DNA of 64,000 nucleotides from Candidatus Bathyarchaeota archaeon (GCA_963714275.1 CAVQNT010000006.1:320001-384000); one strand, 5' to 3'; positions 1-10,925 are shown, numbered from the stretch's first letter. Program-made: numbers and translations. Notes: generated by a model not told the origin, from the sequence alone.

Positions 1-477
1 TCTTGTTTTTTAGTTCCAAGTTTAGAAGTCTGCATTCCAGACAATGCCTCCTTAATACTCTTTTTTTAACGTTATTCTATGTTAATTTTTTCCTTAATTC
101 ATTATCCATAACAATTTTTGCTTCTTTGCCCAAGCCTTCATTCTTCGATTAAGCGTCTATAACACTTTCTCGATTCAATCAAGGATGAACATTTGAATCC
201 AAGTCATCAGGGTCGACGAGTGTTTTCGAGCCCGTGCAGTTCACCAGTTCGCTAGCTAGCTGTTATGAACTTCTATAAGGGTCTTAAGGGTATCCCTTAA
301 GGGGTCTCCAAAAAACCGTCATAAATTTTTTTACCTTCGTTATACTTTTCATATATCGAGATTTCTAGACCCTTCACATTCTATAGATTTAGACCCATAT
401 AGCCAAAAGCTTTATGAACGGGTCTAAAACCCTTGCTAGCTAGATAATTCTTAGTAAAATCCATCGTAAGAGTACAA

Positions 478-753
478 TCAATCGCGAGACCCTGACATTA
501 ATCCAAGTTTATGTTCTCTCTCATGTAGCGTTGGCTGTTGGGTCCCTTGCTTTATTTCTGGCATTTTCTCTGGCCAGCCTATAGCCTTCAGCTCCATCAA
601 CATTTTATCTGCTTCGGTGAAATTTTTTCTGGCAGCCTTTAGGGAGGCGTAGACTGTTGGCGGATCTATTTCGAGTTCTCGGGCGATGCGATAGGCTGAA
701 TATCCTTTTAAATGAAGCTTAAGAATTGATAGCATCTGATTTGTGAGTCGCAC
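478..753 (-). CDS. HTH transcriptional regulator divergent from the virion operon
   Basis: GYSAYRIARELEIDPPTVYASLK HTH signature; head-to-head with the portal gene. Confidence 0.65.
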   Translation of the reverse strand: MRLTNQMLSILKLHLKGYSAYRIARELEIDPPTVYASLKAARKNFTEADKMLMELKAIGWPEKMPEIKQGTQQPTLHEREHKLGLMSGSRD

Positions 754-857
754 ATTACGTCTATTGTCACTATTGTTTTTATGGCTTATTATTAGTTCAT
801 TTCAATAAAAGGAACTCCTAACAACCTTCTTTTACCGTTTCAACATTATTTTTTAGA

Positions 858-2188
858 TTGATTGATTTGGGTTTAAGAAAGAAATTTGTGGATGGCTTGA
901 AGGTTTTTGTAGGACATAAAATCGCCACAGACGCCACTGAAACCATCGGCATCAGGGGGGCTGGAGCACAGAGCCAAGCAACTTTCGGCGACCCGATAAG
1001 TGACGCTGATCTTCTTTTCGCTGTTAAGAGGGAGCCTGTTGCTCACAGAATCGTCTTTATGGTTGCGCACGACATTTTTGACAACTGGTTCAGCGTTAAC
1101 GTCGTAGGCGAAAAGCAGGACACAAAATTTAATGATCAGATCCAAGCGGTTTTGGAGGATGAGGACCTTAATGCGAAAGCGGTCTTCACGGAGATGGCTG
1201 TTTACGAAAGGCTTTTCGGAGAAGCAATAATCGTCGTTGGATTCTCTGATTATGGGAAAGACCTGTCGAAGCCTGTTAAGGATCCTCAAAGCATCGAGGA
1301 CCTTGTTGCTTACAGTCCCCTCGAGTTCACTGTGCAATCTGCTGATGTAGACCAAGATCCGTAAAAGTCCTCGTTTTGGGCTTCCAGAATTTTACACGCT
1401 TTACCAGGGCAGCCAAAGGGTTAGGGTGCATTACAGCCGTGTGATCCATTTTGCCACAAGACTGTTAGATCATCCTTACAGGGGTCTCAGCGTCCTTGAG
1501 CCCGTGTATGATGACCTCACCGTCTTGCGGAACATCCGCTGGGGTCTTGGGCAAACAATTGTTCGTTATGGTAGCGGTTTCCCAGACATTTTGTTGAAGG
1601 GTAAAGACGCAGACAAGATTGATGAGTTTATTCTCAGTAAACAGATGGAGACCGTTAACGCCAGGACATATTTTGTGCATAACGAAAATCAAGAAGCTTG
1701 AGTTTAAGGGCGTAGGCGGAGTTACGCTTGACCCTGAAAAGTATTATGTGCCCATAATGGAAAGCATCAGCGCAGGCTCAGGGATTCCGCTGGCCATTCT
1801 ACGAGGTGCCCAGGCTGGAGCATTAACGGGGTCAGAGGTTAACGAACGGGAATATTTCAAGATTGTTAGTGACGCTCAAAGCCGTTACGAGCCTGGAGTC
1901 CGAGCCTTAATTGACATGCTTATTGAGTGTGGACAGATCCGCTGGTTCTACAATGTGCCTAAAAAGTATCGGATCAGTTGGGGAGGAGGCTTCGAGGTTA
2001 ACGAGAAGGACCGGGCTGCAACTCAACTCTCAATTGCACAGGCTTTGAGTGTCCGCTCGAACTGGATGACCTTGAACGAGATCAGGGCGTCCATGGATCC
2101 TCCGCTTGAGCCATTACCAGGACCACAGGGAGAAATCGTCCTTGGATTAGAGAAGTTACAGTCACAAAAATTGTTGTCGCCTGCTTGA
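858..2188 (+). CDS. Phage portal protein (DUF1073-like), split by frameshifts
   Basis: Joined ORFs 858-1364, 1426-1701 and 1619-2188; motifs VHYSRVIHF, GLSVLEPVYD, SGIPLAILRG and MTLNEIR are typical of DUF1073 portals; first gene of the head module. Confidence 0.8.
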
Positions 2189-2200
2189 GGAAACCGAAAA

Positions 2201-3055
2201 ATGATGAAGATTGGAACAGTCTCTTGTTGAGTTGGATTCGACAAAGATCCTGAAGGAAGACGAAGACGAATTAGTCCTTCCTGGCATCCTTGCTCGTGAA
2301 GGCGTTTTCCCTTATCCTGAAGGACGAGCGTTTAGGCCTCGGAAAGAGTTGGAGAAAGAGCATGATAACTTTTGAGGGTGCAGAAGTGGTCGGTAAGAAG
2401 CACCCTGAAACCATGATTGTAACCGATCCTGACCTCATCATCGGCAAGGTTTACCATGCAAACATTGACGAGAAGGGTTCGGTTCACGGAGAAGTTCACC
2501 TCTATCAAAAAATTGATTTCTGACGATTTAATAGCGGGGATTAAGTCAGGCGTTTTCTCGAAAAACAGCATGGGATTCCTTTACATGGAAGATGCGACGA
2601 AAGGCGAATTTAACGGTCAAGCGTATGATTATGTGCAGCGGAAGATCAAGGTTGACCATATTGCTGTTGGGGTGCCCTATCCGAGAGACCCGGGCTGCGT
2701 CCTTGGCGTCGACGACTTTTCGAGCGAAATTAAGATTGGGCTGGATCCCTGGGAGGAAACTGAGGACTTTATTCGTAGCGGTCACAAGGAGCCCAGCGAC
2801 ACTTGCAGGACGATTGTTATAAGCGAAGATCAAGGCATCAAGGCTGTTTACTGCAAATACGGGGACAGCTGGGACATTCAGAGCTTCCTTTTCGCTAAGG
2901 CAAAGAACTGGAGTATGGAGAAGGCGAAGGCTTGGTTTAGAGAACATAAAGATGCTGTTGACAGCAAGATCAAGGCTGAAATTTGTGGGATAAATGTGGA
3001 TTGCTGTCTCATCGCCTTTTCAGAGATTGAGAGGTCAAAAGGGCTTGTTTCATAG
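2201..3055 (+). CDS. Prohead protease (DUF2213-like) with C-terminal accessory domain, frameshifted
   Basis: HP motif, SMGF, GQAYDYVQRKIKVDHIAVG...CVLGVD; lies between portal and scaffold. Confidence 0.75.
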
Positions 3056-3154
3056 TCACTAGATTTCAACAATTTAGGGATAGAATTGCATCGAGATGAT
3101 GATGCTGAGACTCACGACGGGTCTTTAAACTAGCAAAAAAATGGAAAAAAGAAA

Positions 3155-3587
3155 ATGTCAAATCAGGACGGGTCAGGTGCGGAACAAAACAAAGCCATAA
3201 AGGTTACTATTGACCAGGTGATGGCGGAAAACCTAAGTTTGAAGCAGATAGTTCAAGATCTGGACCAAACTGTGAAGGATCTTACTTCTCAGCTTAAGGC
3301 TGCGAATGACATGCTTGAAGCGCAAGCGAGGGCGAAGTTGATTGCGGAAATCAAACCCCGCAGCAGATATTCTGATGAGGACTTAACGAAACTTTCGCTT
3401 GACGAACTTAACAAACATCAAGGTTACGCTTGACAACGCTAAGATGCCGAATTTCAAGAACATCCACTTCGGTCCACTTGGGATTGCGGAAGCGAAGGAC
3501 GAGGGACTAACCGTAGGAGACCTATCGGTTGTCGCGGAAGCTAAACGCAAACAGGGAGGAACTAGTTATGCCACAATTTCTCGTTAA
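3155..3587 (+). CDS. Putative capsid scaffolding protein (coiled coil; C-terminal LTVGDLS motif), frameshifted near 3410
   Basis: Heptad-rich N-terminus; ORFs 3155-3433 and 3399-3587 join; canonical position upstream of decoration and capsid genes. Confidence 0.6.
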
Positions 3588-4041
3588 ACCCGCGAACCAA
3601 GTAGTGGTTCAGGGCAACCCCATAAAGGTTGAATATGAAATCGGTGCTAATGCTACTAGTGATTGTGTTCCTGGAGCCCTTGTAATCTATGACACTGTTG
3701 CCCACGCCGTTCAAGAGGCTGGAGCCGAAGCTGACAATGTCTTAGGATTTCTCGACGTCGCAGCGGAATATCTTGAAGCTACACACTACGAGGTAGGCGA
3801 CCAAGTCCTAGTTGTCATGGGTGAATGTATCGCTAAGCTAACTTTGTTAGCAAGCGAAAGCGTCGCCCCTGGAGACTGGCTGGTGGCTGCTGGAGACGGA
3901 AAGGTCAAGAAACGCGCTGTTGGTGCTATGGGAAGCCAGGGAAGTCCGATCGGACAAGCTTTGGAAATTAGCAACGTTACTGTTGACGCTGAGATATTGG
4001 TTCATTGGATTCCGTGCGCTGAGCCTGCTGCTGCAAGTTAA
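3568..4041 (+). CDS. Capsid decoration/cement protein
   Basis: Small Ala/Gly/Val-rich beta protein (PGDWLVAAGDGKV...IGQALE) immediately upstream of the major capsid gene; GGAGG RBS before ATG 3568. Confidence 0.65.
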   Translation: MPQFLVKPANQVVVQGNPIKVEYEIGANATSDCVPGALVIYDTVAHAVQEAGAEADNVLGFLDVAAEYLEATHYEVGDQVLVVMGECIAKLTLLASESVAPGDWLVAAGDGKVKKRAVGAMGSQGSPIGQALEISNVTVDAEILVHWIPCAEPAAAS

Positions 4042-4052
4042 GGTGATATGAA

Positions 4053-4932
4053 ATGAAACCACTTATCAAGAGTTGGGTTAGAAACAGGTTCCTTAACTGA
4101 TGAAGAACTCCGTTACCTTGATAGCAGAGTTGTCCAGACAGTGAGACCTCTGCTTGTTGGTAGGCGGTTGTATCCAGTGTTCAGGCTTCCAAACGCAGGC
4201 GTAAAAACCGTGCGTGGATGGAAAGAAACGGATATGAGCCAAGCGACGATTGACATGAATGGACAAGTTGACGCTTTTGACAGGATTGAACTCGCAGAAT
4301 TCGACATTAAAGTGCCAGTGATCAGTAAAGGCTTCAGGCTTAACTGGAGAGACATTCTTGCTTCCCGCAACGGAGGGATTCCGATTGACGCTCGAAGCAT
4401 GGAGAATGCTGCTCGACAGTGCGCTGAAGAAGAAGATAAACTACTGTTGACAGGAGAAACCGCAGCTTGGAAGGCTCTGGGAATCGAAGGATTAGCTACT
4501 GCTACGGGCAAAGAAACTCAGGGTTCAGGTGGAGCTTGGGGAGCAAGCAGCATCGTTGACGTTAGTGATTGCATTGCTAAGCTCGAGGCAGGTGGACACT
4601 ACGGTCCTTACGCTTTAGTCTTAAGGTCAGCGTGGTATGCGAAGCTGAGAGCATTGATTGCTAACACAGGCATCTTTTATCTTGAAAAGGTGGCTGAGCT
4701 CGTGAAGGCTGGAATCTTCGTGAGCGACAACCTCTATTCAAGCGCTGACGCGACAAACAATCGCTTTAGTTGTTGAGCCCATCAGGAAAACTTTGAGCTC
4801 GTAGTCGGACAAGACATGAACACTTGGACTGTGCAAGACGAAAACATGAACACTAAAGGTAAAGTCTACGAAGTCGTGGCGCCCCGCATCAAAAGACCTG
4901 CATCAATCTGTATTCTTACAGGATTATCTTAG
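4053..4932 (+). CDS. Major capsid protein, HK97 fold, family-1 encapsulin (Linocin_M18)-like; frameshifts near 4068 and 4760-4780
   Basis: Reconstructed ~290 aa: LTDEELRYLDSRVVQTVRPLLVGRRLYP...VPVISKGFRLNWRDI...AARQCAEEEDKLLLTG...GHYGPYALVL...ENFELVVGQD...PASICILT, which matches the encapsulin/linocin pattern. Confidence 0.8.
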
Positions 4933-4956
4933 GGCGCCAGGTAATCCTTCACGTTC

Positions 4957-4976
4957 TTTCCCCCGTTTTTTAGGGG
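4957..4976 (+). terminator. Putative oligo-T terminator/attenuator after the capsid gene
   Basis: TTTCCCCCGTTTTTTAGGGG 25 nt after the stop codon; near-identical copy at 8672-8691. Confidence 0.4.
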
Positions 4977-4999
4977 CAACATCGTAAAAAACAAAAATA

Positions 5000-5332
5000 A
5001 TGGAGAAAAAAGGATTGCCAGAACTAATAGCGTATGCGGGACCGATAGAGACGACAGATGATTACGCAACAGCATTGAAAGTTAAGCTTCCACCACAAAT
5101 CGACAAGGCGATGGTTCACATCAAGGAGCTTGACGTCAACGATATCAAATGGAAGATTCTCGGCAGCATCGACGACAGCATCTATTTCGAGCAGATGGCT
5201 GAGGCAACTGTAAGCCAAGATGATTCTGACGTCGACGAAGTAACAAAAGCGTGGATCTATCTTGACGTTCAAGTGAAGTCTGCTGTATCTAACACTTCAG
5301 GCGAGATTTCGGTTGCAGTTTCAGGAGCCTAG
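5000..5332 (+). CDS. Hypothetical virion protein
   Basis: Intact 110-aa beta-rich ORF directly after the capsid gene. Confidence 0.55.
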   Translation: MEKKGLPELIAYAGPIETTDDYATALKVKLPPQIDKAMVHIKELDVNDIKWKILGSIDDSIYFEQMAEATVSQDDSDVDEVTKAWIYLDVQVKSAVSNTSGEISVAVSGA

Positions 5333-5337
5333 AGCGA

Positions 5338-5576
5338 TGAAGTTCAGGATCTTACCGAAAACTAAAAGCTTCAGTGATGCTCACGGTAACATATTTTATC
5401 CTGGTGACGTCGTGGATCTCCCTGTTTCTTACCTTGGAGAGACATGGCTTGAGCCCGTGGACAAGGTTGACGTCAAAAAGCCTGAGTCCAAGACTGAACC
5501 CTATGTTCGGACATTGGTTGTCCCTTTAGAGACCTCGAAGACGCAGAAGAAGGTAAAAAAAAAGTTAAAGTCCTAA
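5338..5576 (+). CDS. Small head-associated protein (DUF7210/gpFI-like position)
   Basis: FYPGDVVDLP motif and Lys-rich tail, typical of small post-capsid genes. Confidence 0.45.
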
Positions 5577-6169
5577 TCGGCGTTCCATGCCTAAATGATA
5601 AGGACAGGTATGCAGGATACAGGAATCAAAGCTTAAGTGCTGCTTTACTGTCGATCGGAGACGTAGAACACAGCGTTTATGTTTCTCAAAATTCCAGGGC
5701 AATCGAGGTTAACGGGATCGTTGAATGCGACAACGATATTGTCTCTTATTTTTTGAGCAAAGATTTCTCGCATCTCTGGATGGTTGAGCTTGACACCATT
5801 GTCCCCAAGGATGCTTTCCCCAAACTTTTTGGTTTAGACGTTGACATCGCTCTCGGCTTTTACCCTAGCCACCGTGACTTTTATAGGCTGATCGCTGGGT
5901 GGATCGGTGAGGATGCAAAGGTCTATTATCTTCCACGTTTTGCGTTGAAGGGTCAGGTCCTTAAGGGCTGGGTGTTTGCTGGGACCGGATGTATGCTCGT
6001 TAAGAGAAGGGTGTTCGAGAATGGGGGAGTCCGTTTCAAATATAATCCTGACGTCGGAGGACCTGACGTTACCTTCATGTTTGAAAGCCTGAGAAGAGGG
6101 TTTACTGCAGCCCTCCATGGAGACGTTGAATGCGGACACCTGCCTGAGTGGCCATTGAAGGAAGGTTGA
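5560..6169 (+). CDS. GT-A fold glycosyltransferase-like protein (start uncertain)
   Basis: In-frame KVLIGVPC upstream of ORF 5753; HLWMVELD (DxD-like), GTGCMLVKRRVFE, DVTF and CGHL motifs of phage GT2-like proteins. Confidence 0.6.
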
Positions 6170-6173
6170 AGAC

Positions 6174-6449
6174 GTGGGTTCGAATAATGCACAATCTGGA
6201 ACCTCTTCGAAAAAATTAGTTGATAAACATAGAATTGTTGAAAAAAAGATTTTGTTCACTCTTTTGAATGGTCCTGTGAGACTTCGTGACATTTTGAAAC
6301 ATGCTTACAGAGACTCTGCACCCGTTTACAGTGGCACCCAGGTTGTTTATTGGTTAAGAGATAACGGTTACATCCAAAAAACGGGCAAAGGTCATAACGA
6401 CCCTTACATGATCACTGAACGGGGACGGAGATATTATGATTGCACCTGA
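6174..6449 (+). CDS. Winged-helix DNA-binding protein
   Basis: WLRDNGYIQK...YMITERG wing motif. Confidence 0.6.
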   Translation: MGSNNAQSGTSSKKLVDKHRIVEKKILFTLLNGPVRLRDILKHAYRDSAPVYSGTQVVYWLRDNGYIQKTGKGHNDPYMITERGRRYYDCT

Positions 6450-6923
6450 CTCCAATAAAAAAGAAGATTTTAAAAGAGCACTATTGAGTGGGAAACAAAA
6501 CATAGCATACTCGTCGTAAGGGAAGACGGGAAATTCTTTCAAGTTTTTAGGATCCTGAAATTACGAGGGAAAATTAGTCCTTGGACCTGCTGGAAACAAA
6601 ACCGCATCTGCAAAAAGACACTGCACAGACCGCACTTAACCTGCCTCAATTGCAGAATCAGAAAATACGTGAACAGCGAAATACCTCAGACATTACAGGT
6701 TATCCCCTACATCTTGCTAGTTCAAACTAACCGTAAAAGATGGAAAAAAGCAGTCTGCAAGAAGCTGCTTTCAATCATAGAATTTCTAAGTTAAAAGTTA
6801 TGAAAATTTAAGATAAAATCCAAACTTCTCTCCGTAAAAAATAAAGAAAACACACAATGCAATAACATTTTAAATATCAAAAAAGAGTAATTCGGATTAA
6901 TCAAAGTAAAAGAGTGAATTGGA

Positions 6924-7277
6924 ATGTTTATAAATATTGTTAGATGGCGTGTTCCTAAAGCGAATAGTAAAAAGCAATTTGAGGTCTGGCGTGAAATTAT
7001 GGACTATCAGAGGTCTCATCCAGAGAAGGTTTACTACACTAGGTCTCGGTTCTTCACCTTTTCTGAAGAAGGGTCGTCTGAGGAAAACTGGATGTTTCTA
7101 GATGAGTATGAGGACCGTGAAGATTACGACAAATGGATGAAGGCTGTGCGTGAAGACCCAGAACTAATGAAACTCATGGACGATTGGTTCCCCAAATGGG
7201 ACGCTTTGATTGTTCCTGGGTCTAGGAAAGGAGAAGTCTGGACTGAAGTTGAGAAGCTCAGGGTCGAGTTCAAGTAA
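6924..7277 (+). CDS. Dimeric alpha-beta barrel (ABM/DUF1428-like) protein
   Basis: WMFLDEYEDREDYDKW pattern; intact ORF. Confidence 0.5.
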   Translation: MFINIVRWRVPKANSKKQFEVWREIMDYQRSHPEKVYYTRSRFFTFSEEGSSEENWMFLDEYEDREDYDKWMKAVREDPELMKLMDDWFPKWDALIVPGSRKGEVWTEVEKLRVEFK

Positions 7278-7416
7278 GTATGTGCGTTAAAAGTTAGCTG
7301 ACTCCCGAAATTATTAATCATGATTATCTCTTTTTTGCATTAAAGTTGTGTTGCGTGGTAAGTTATTTAGGTTTAGTTCAATAAAATTTTTATTTTTCAA
7401 TACTGAATAAATATTT

Positions 7417-7845
7417 ATGCCTTCAGTTAAGAGGATGTTTCTGGTTTGGCAAGGAAACTATCGTTTCACAGCGAAAAATGAAAAGGGGCTTTCTGTTAAT
7501 TTTGATGCTCCCTTACCAAATGGTGGAGAAGAAACTGCACTATCACCAATGGAGAATGTACTAGCAAGTTTAGCTGCATGCAGCAGTTATCATGTTGTAT
7601 CGATATTGAGAAAGAAGAGGCAAGATTTTTCAGGTTATTCAGTAGAAATGACAGCGGATAGAAGAGATGAACCACCGAGAATATTTACCAACATTCAGCT
7701 CAAGTACATCATTAAAGGAAAAAACATTAGTAAAGAGGCTGTTGAAAGCGCAATAAGACTTTCTGAAGAAAAATATTGCTCAGTCGGTGGAATGTTGAAG
7801 AACGCAGTAAAAATAACATCTTCATATGAGATATCTAAAGAATAA
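7417..7845 (+). CDS. OsmC/YhfA family protein
   Basis: SPMENVLASLAACS and SEEKYCSVG with the two conserved Cys. Confidence 0.9.
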   Translation: MPSVKRMFLVWQGNYRFTAKNEKGLSVNFDAPLPNGGEETALSPMENVLASLAACSSYHVVSILRKKRQDFSGYSVEMTADRRDEPPRIFTNIQLKYIIKGKNISKEAVESAIRLSEEKYCSVGGMLKNAVKITSSYEISKE

Positions 7846-8010
7846 TAAGCCGACTAAAATATTGACTGCGAGAGCTACAGTTTTCCAAATTACAGGAAGT
7901 ATCTAGTTAAACAATAAGAACTTTCTTCCTTTGTACATCTTGTTCTTAAGCTTTGTTTCGAAGATATTCAAGTACATAATTGACATACTGGGTGGGGGAG
8001 TAACAGTTAT

Positions 8011-8031
8011 ATATATAACAATGTTACATAT
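8011..8031. promoter_or_regulatory. Palindromic operator upstream of the PadR gene
   Basis: ATATATAACA-A-TGTTACATAT (9/10 inverted repeat) about 25 nt before the PadR start. Confidence 0.45.
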
Positions 8032-8057
8032 ATGGCAATTAGGAGGAGATTAACAAA

Positions 8058-8453
8058 ATGTGCAGTTCGAATCGTTGCCATTGTTGGCATGATTACCCTG
8101 AACGAGGTTGGATACAGTTTCTCATGCTCAGAATTCTGTATGAGAAGCCGATGCACGGTTATCAGCTCATGGAAGAAATTGTGGAAAAAAGTTGTGGTTG
8201 CCACAAGATAAAAACAGGATCCATTTACACGCTTCTGAGAAGGATGGAAGAAAGAGGTCTGCTTGAGTCCAGATGGGAAAAGGTCGAAGGAGGACCGGAC
8301 AAAAGAGTCTACACTGTAACGGGGAACGGTGTTGAAGCGCTTAGAATGGGTCTCAAGTCGATTGTGAAGAGGAAAATGCTCTTCGACGATTTGGCAAGGT
8401 TCTACGTAGAACATTTCGAGAATAGTGAGGGAGGTGAAAAACCAGATGTGTAG
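8058..8453 (+). CDS. PadR family transcriptional regulator
   Basis: PMHGYQLMEEI, GSIYTLLRRMEERGLL and KRVYTVT motifs. Confidence 0.9.
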   Translation: MCSSNRCHCWHDYPERGWIQFLMLRILYEKPMHGYQLMEEIVEKSCGCHKIKTGSIYTLLRRMEERGLLESRWEKVEGGPDKRVYTVTGNGVEALRMGLKSIVKRKMLFDDLARFYVEHFENSEGGEKPDV

Positions 8454-8655
8454 AGAAGAAGAAGATTGTTGTTGCGGTGGGGAAGCCCATGAGGGCCATC
8501 ACGGAGGGTTCAGCGGTCATCACGGTCGTCACATGGGCTACGGCTTTCCTTTGATGAGCATTGAGGAAGAGGTTAAGGTTCTGGAAAAGATGAAGACGAC
8601 CTTTGAGGAACGCTTGGATATCGTGAACAAGCGGCTAGAGATTCTGAAGCGCTAA
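8447..8655 (+). CDS. Small Cys/His-rich coiled-coil protein (DUF5320-like)
   Basis: CCCGG/HHG-rich N-terminus and EEEVKVLE...VNKRLEIL coiled coil. Confidence 0.6.
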
Positions 8656-8710
8656 AACTTAACGCTTCAAATTTCCCCCGTTTTTTTGGGGATTAGCATA
8701 AGATCAGGAA

Positions 8711-9735
8711 GTGATGGTAAAGGTGCAAACAGAATATGCTGTTGAGGTTTCGAACTTAACAAAGAAGTATGGTGATCTAGTAGCTGTCGATCACGTAAAT
8801 TTCAGTGTAAGGAAGGGAGAGATTTTTGGGTTCCTAGGTCCAAATGGAGCAGGAAAGACGACTACGATACGGATGTTGACGGGAGTTTCAATCCCGACAG
8901 AGGGGACAGCAATAATCATGGGATATGACATCCAACGTCAACCCATTGAGGCCAAGGAGCAGATGGGAATAGTCCCCGATATCAGCAATGTCTATAATGA
9001 GCTCTCCGCTTGGGACAATCTCGTTTTCACTGGCAAACTCTACGACATGCCCAAGACATATCGGGAGAGTCGCGCCGAAGAACTACTCAAAATGTTCGGC
9101 CTTTATGAACGGAGGACAGAAAAAGTGCAAGGCTTTTCAAGAGGAATGAAGAGACGAATCTGCATTGCTATGGCTCTTATGAATAAGGCAAGCATCCTCT
9201 TCTTAGACGAGCCTACATCGGGCCTTGATGTACAGAGCGTCCTAATAATTCGAGATTTGATTAGAAGCTAAACCAGAAGGGGCTAGCAATCTTTGTCACA
9301 ACTCATAATATTGAGGAGGCAAACCAGATGTGCGACCGCGTAGCAATCATCAACCACGGTAAAATAGCAGCCATCGACACTCCTGAGAAGCTTAAAAGGA
9401 CGATGGAAAGCCTTCAGTCTGTTGAAGTCGCCTTCGAAACCACACCGCCAAGTGCCTTGAAGGAACTTGGTGAACTACAAAAAGTCAGCGAGGTGATGAA
9501 GGAAGGCGACAAGTTCAGACTCTTCACCCAAGAACCACCTAGCGTTCTGACCGAAATATGGCAATACTCCCAAAGTAACAACCTTAAGCTCGTTACCCTC
9601 AATACTCTCGGTCCGAGTTTGGAAGACGTTTTCGTGAAGCTAACAGGTATTGGACCTGCGACGGCAAAAGAGGAAACGGAAAAAACGGGTCCGAGCGACA
9701 TACAAAGAAAGACTCAGAGAAGGGGAGATCAATAA
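8711..9735 (+). CDS. ABC-2 exporter ATP-binding subunit (frameshift near 9268)
   Basis: GPNGAGKTT, FSRGMKRR, LFLDEP, THN and PSLEDVF motifs. Confidence 0.9.
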
Positions 9736-10493
9736 TGGACAGACATTCAAGCCACTATGGCAGGGAGATACGAGTAGCATGGGCAATCACTGTCAAGGAC
9801 ATGCGTACCTACTACACGCGGCCACCATCCCTTATGTTCGGGATACTTTTTCCATTCAGCCTTTTCCTGTCGTTCAGCATCGGAAGGAACGTGCCTTTAG
9901 CTGCACAGATACCGATCCTTATTTCTCAGACACTCTTCTTTGCTTCATCTTCCATAGGTCCCGTGGTAATACCCAGCGAACGTGCCAACCAGACCTTTGA
10001 CAGGTTCTTAACCTCGCCAGTTTCCCTTCTCTCCATCCTAATTGGAAAGACTCTTGCTGGAATCATCTACGGCGCTGGAATATCCGTCATTCCCGTCTTA
10101 GTTGGTATAGTCTTCTTCGGATCTCAGATAACCAACTTTGGAGCCTTGATTGCTTGCTTTGCGCTGTCCTCTCTCGCCTTCTCAGCATTAGGAATCATGT
10201 TTGCCTCAATTCCAGGTCAAACTCCAGGTCAGGTGATGATGCCTCTCAACTTCGTTCGCATACCCCTACTCTTCATAAGCGGTGTCTACTCACCTATCCG
10301 AGAGCTGCCAACATGGATGCAGGTGGTCTCTATGCTTTCGCCTCTGACTCACACCGTTGAACTCGCGAGATATGCCTCAGGCGGAGAGACCTTCTTCGGT
10401 CCAATCCTCAACACAGTAATTCTAACAATATATGCTGCGGCTTTCCTCTTCATAGGTATTCGTTTCCACATTATGAATCAGCGTAAGGAGTAA
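9735..10493 (+). CDS. ABC-2 exporter permease
   Basis: Six TM segments; FISGVYSPIRELPTW...SPLTH. Confidence 0.9.
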   Translation: MDRHSSHYGREIRVAWAITVKDMRTYYTRPPSLMFGILFPFSLFLSFSIGRNVPLAAQIPILISQTLFFASSSIGPVVIPSERANQTFDRFLTSPVSLLSILIGKTLAGIIYGAGISVIPVLVGIVFFGSQITNFGALIACFALSSLAFSALGIMFASIPGQTPGQVMMPLNFVRIPLLFISGVYSPIRELPTWMQVVSMLSPLTHTVELARYASGGETFFGPILNTVILTIYAAAFLFIGIRFHIMNQRKE

Positions 10494-10525
10494 CGTGAAA
10501 ATCTGTAGGAAGGTGGAGAAGGCAT

Positions 10526-10837
10526 TTGGGATTAGAGGTCTGGGATTTAATTAAATTAGCAGAATTTTCAAAGACTCAAAGAGTTAAGAAAGAACTTTGT
10601 AAGACAAAGTGGTTCAATATTGTCCTTGTTTGTCTTGAAACTGGTCAGGAGATTCCTCCTCGTCCAGAACCTTATGAGGTTTGCTTCTATGTTATAGAAG
10701 GCCAAGGCACTTTTACGGTAGGCGACAAACAAGCAGAACTGAACGCAGGTTCAATGATTTTTGCTCCTGCCAATGTTGCACGCGGAATAAAAAGCGCAAA
10801 ACGTTTAAGCGTCCTTGGAATACAGCAGGCACACTAA
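10526..10837 (+). CDS. Cupin domain protein
   Basis: FYVIEGQGTFTVG...IFAPANVARG; metal-binding His positions appear replaced by Arg. Confidence 0.8.
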   Translation: MGLEVWDLIKLAEFSKTQRVKKELCKTKWFNIVLVCLETGQEIPPRPEPYEVCFYVIEGQGTFTVGDKQAELNAGSMIFAPANVARGIKSAKRLSVLGIQQAH

Positions 10838-10925
10838 TCTCTGGATTGTGGAAAAATAAATAGAAAGACATCCACAACTCTAATGTAACCTCGAATATGT
10901 TACGCTTGGGCATTATATCTTTTAG

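Noticed and set aside
4053-4932. Cellular encapsulin nanocompartment operon
   Set aside because: The gene is embedded among portal, protease, tail and terminase genes, and no DyP or ferritin-like cargo gene is adjacent.
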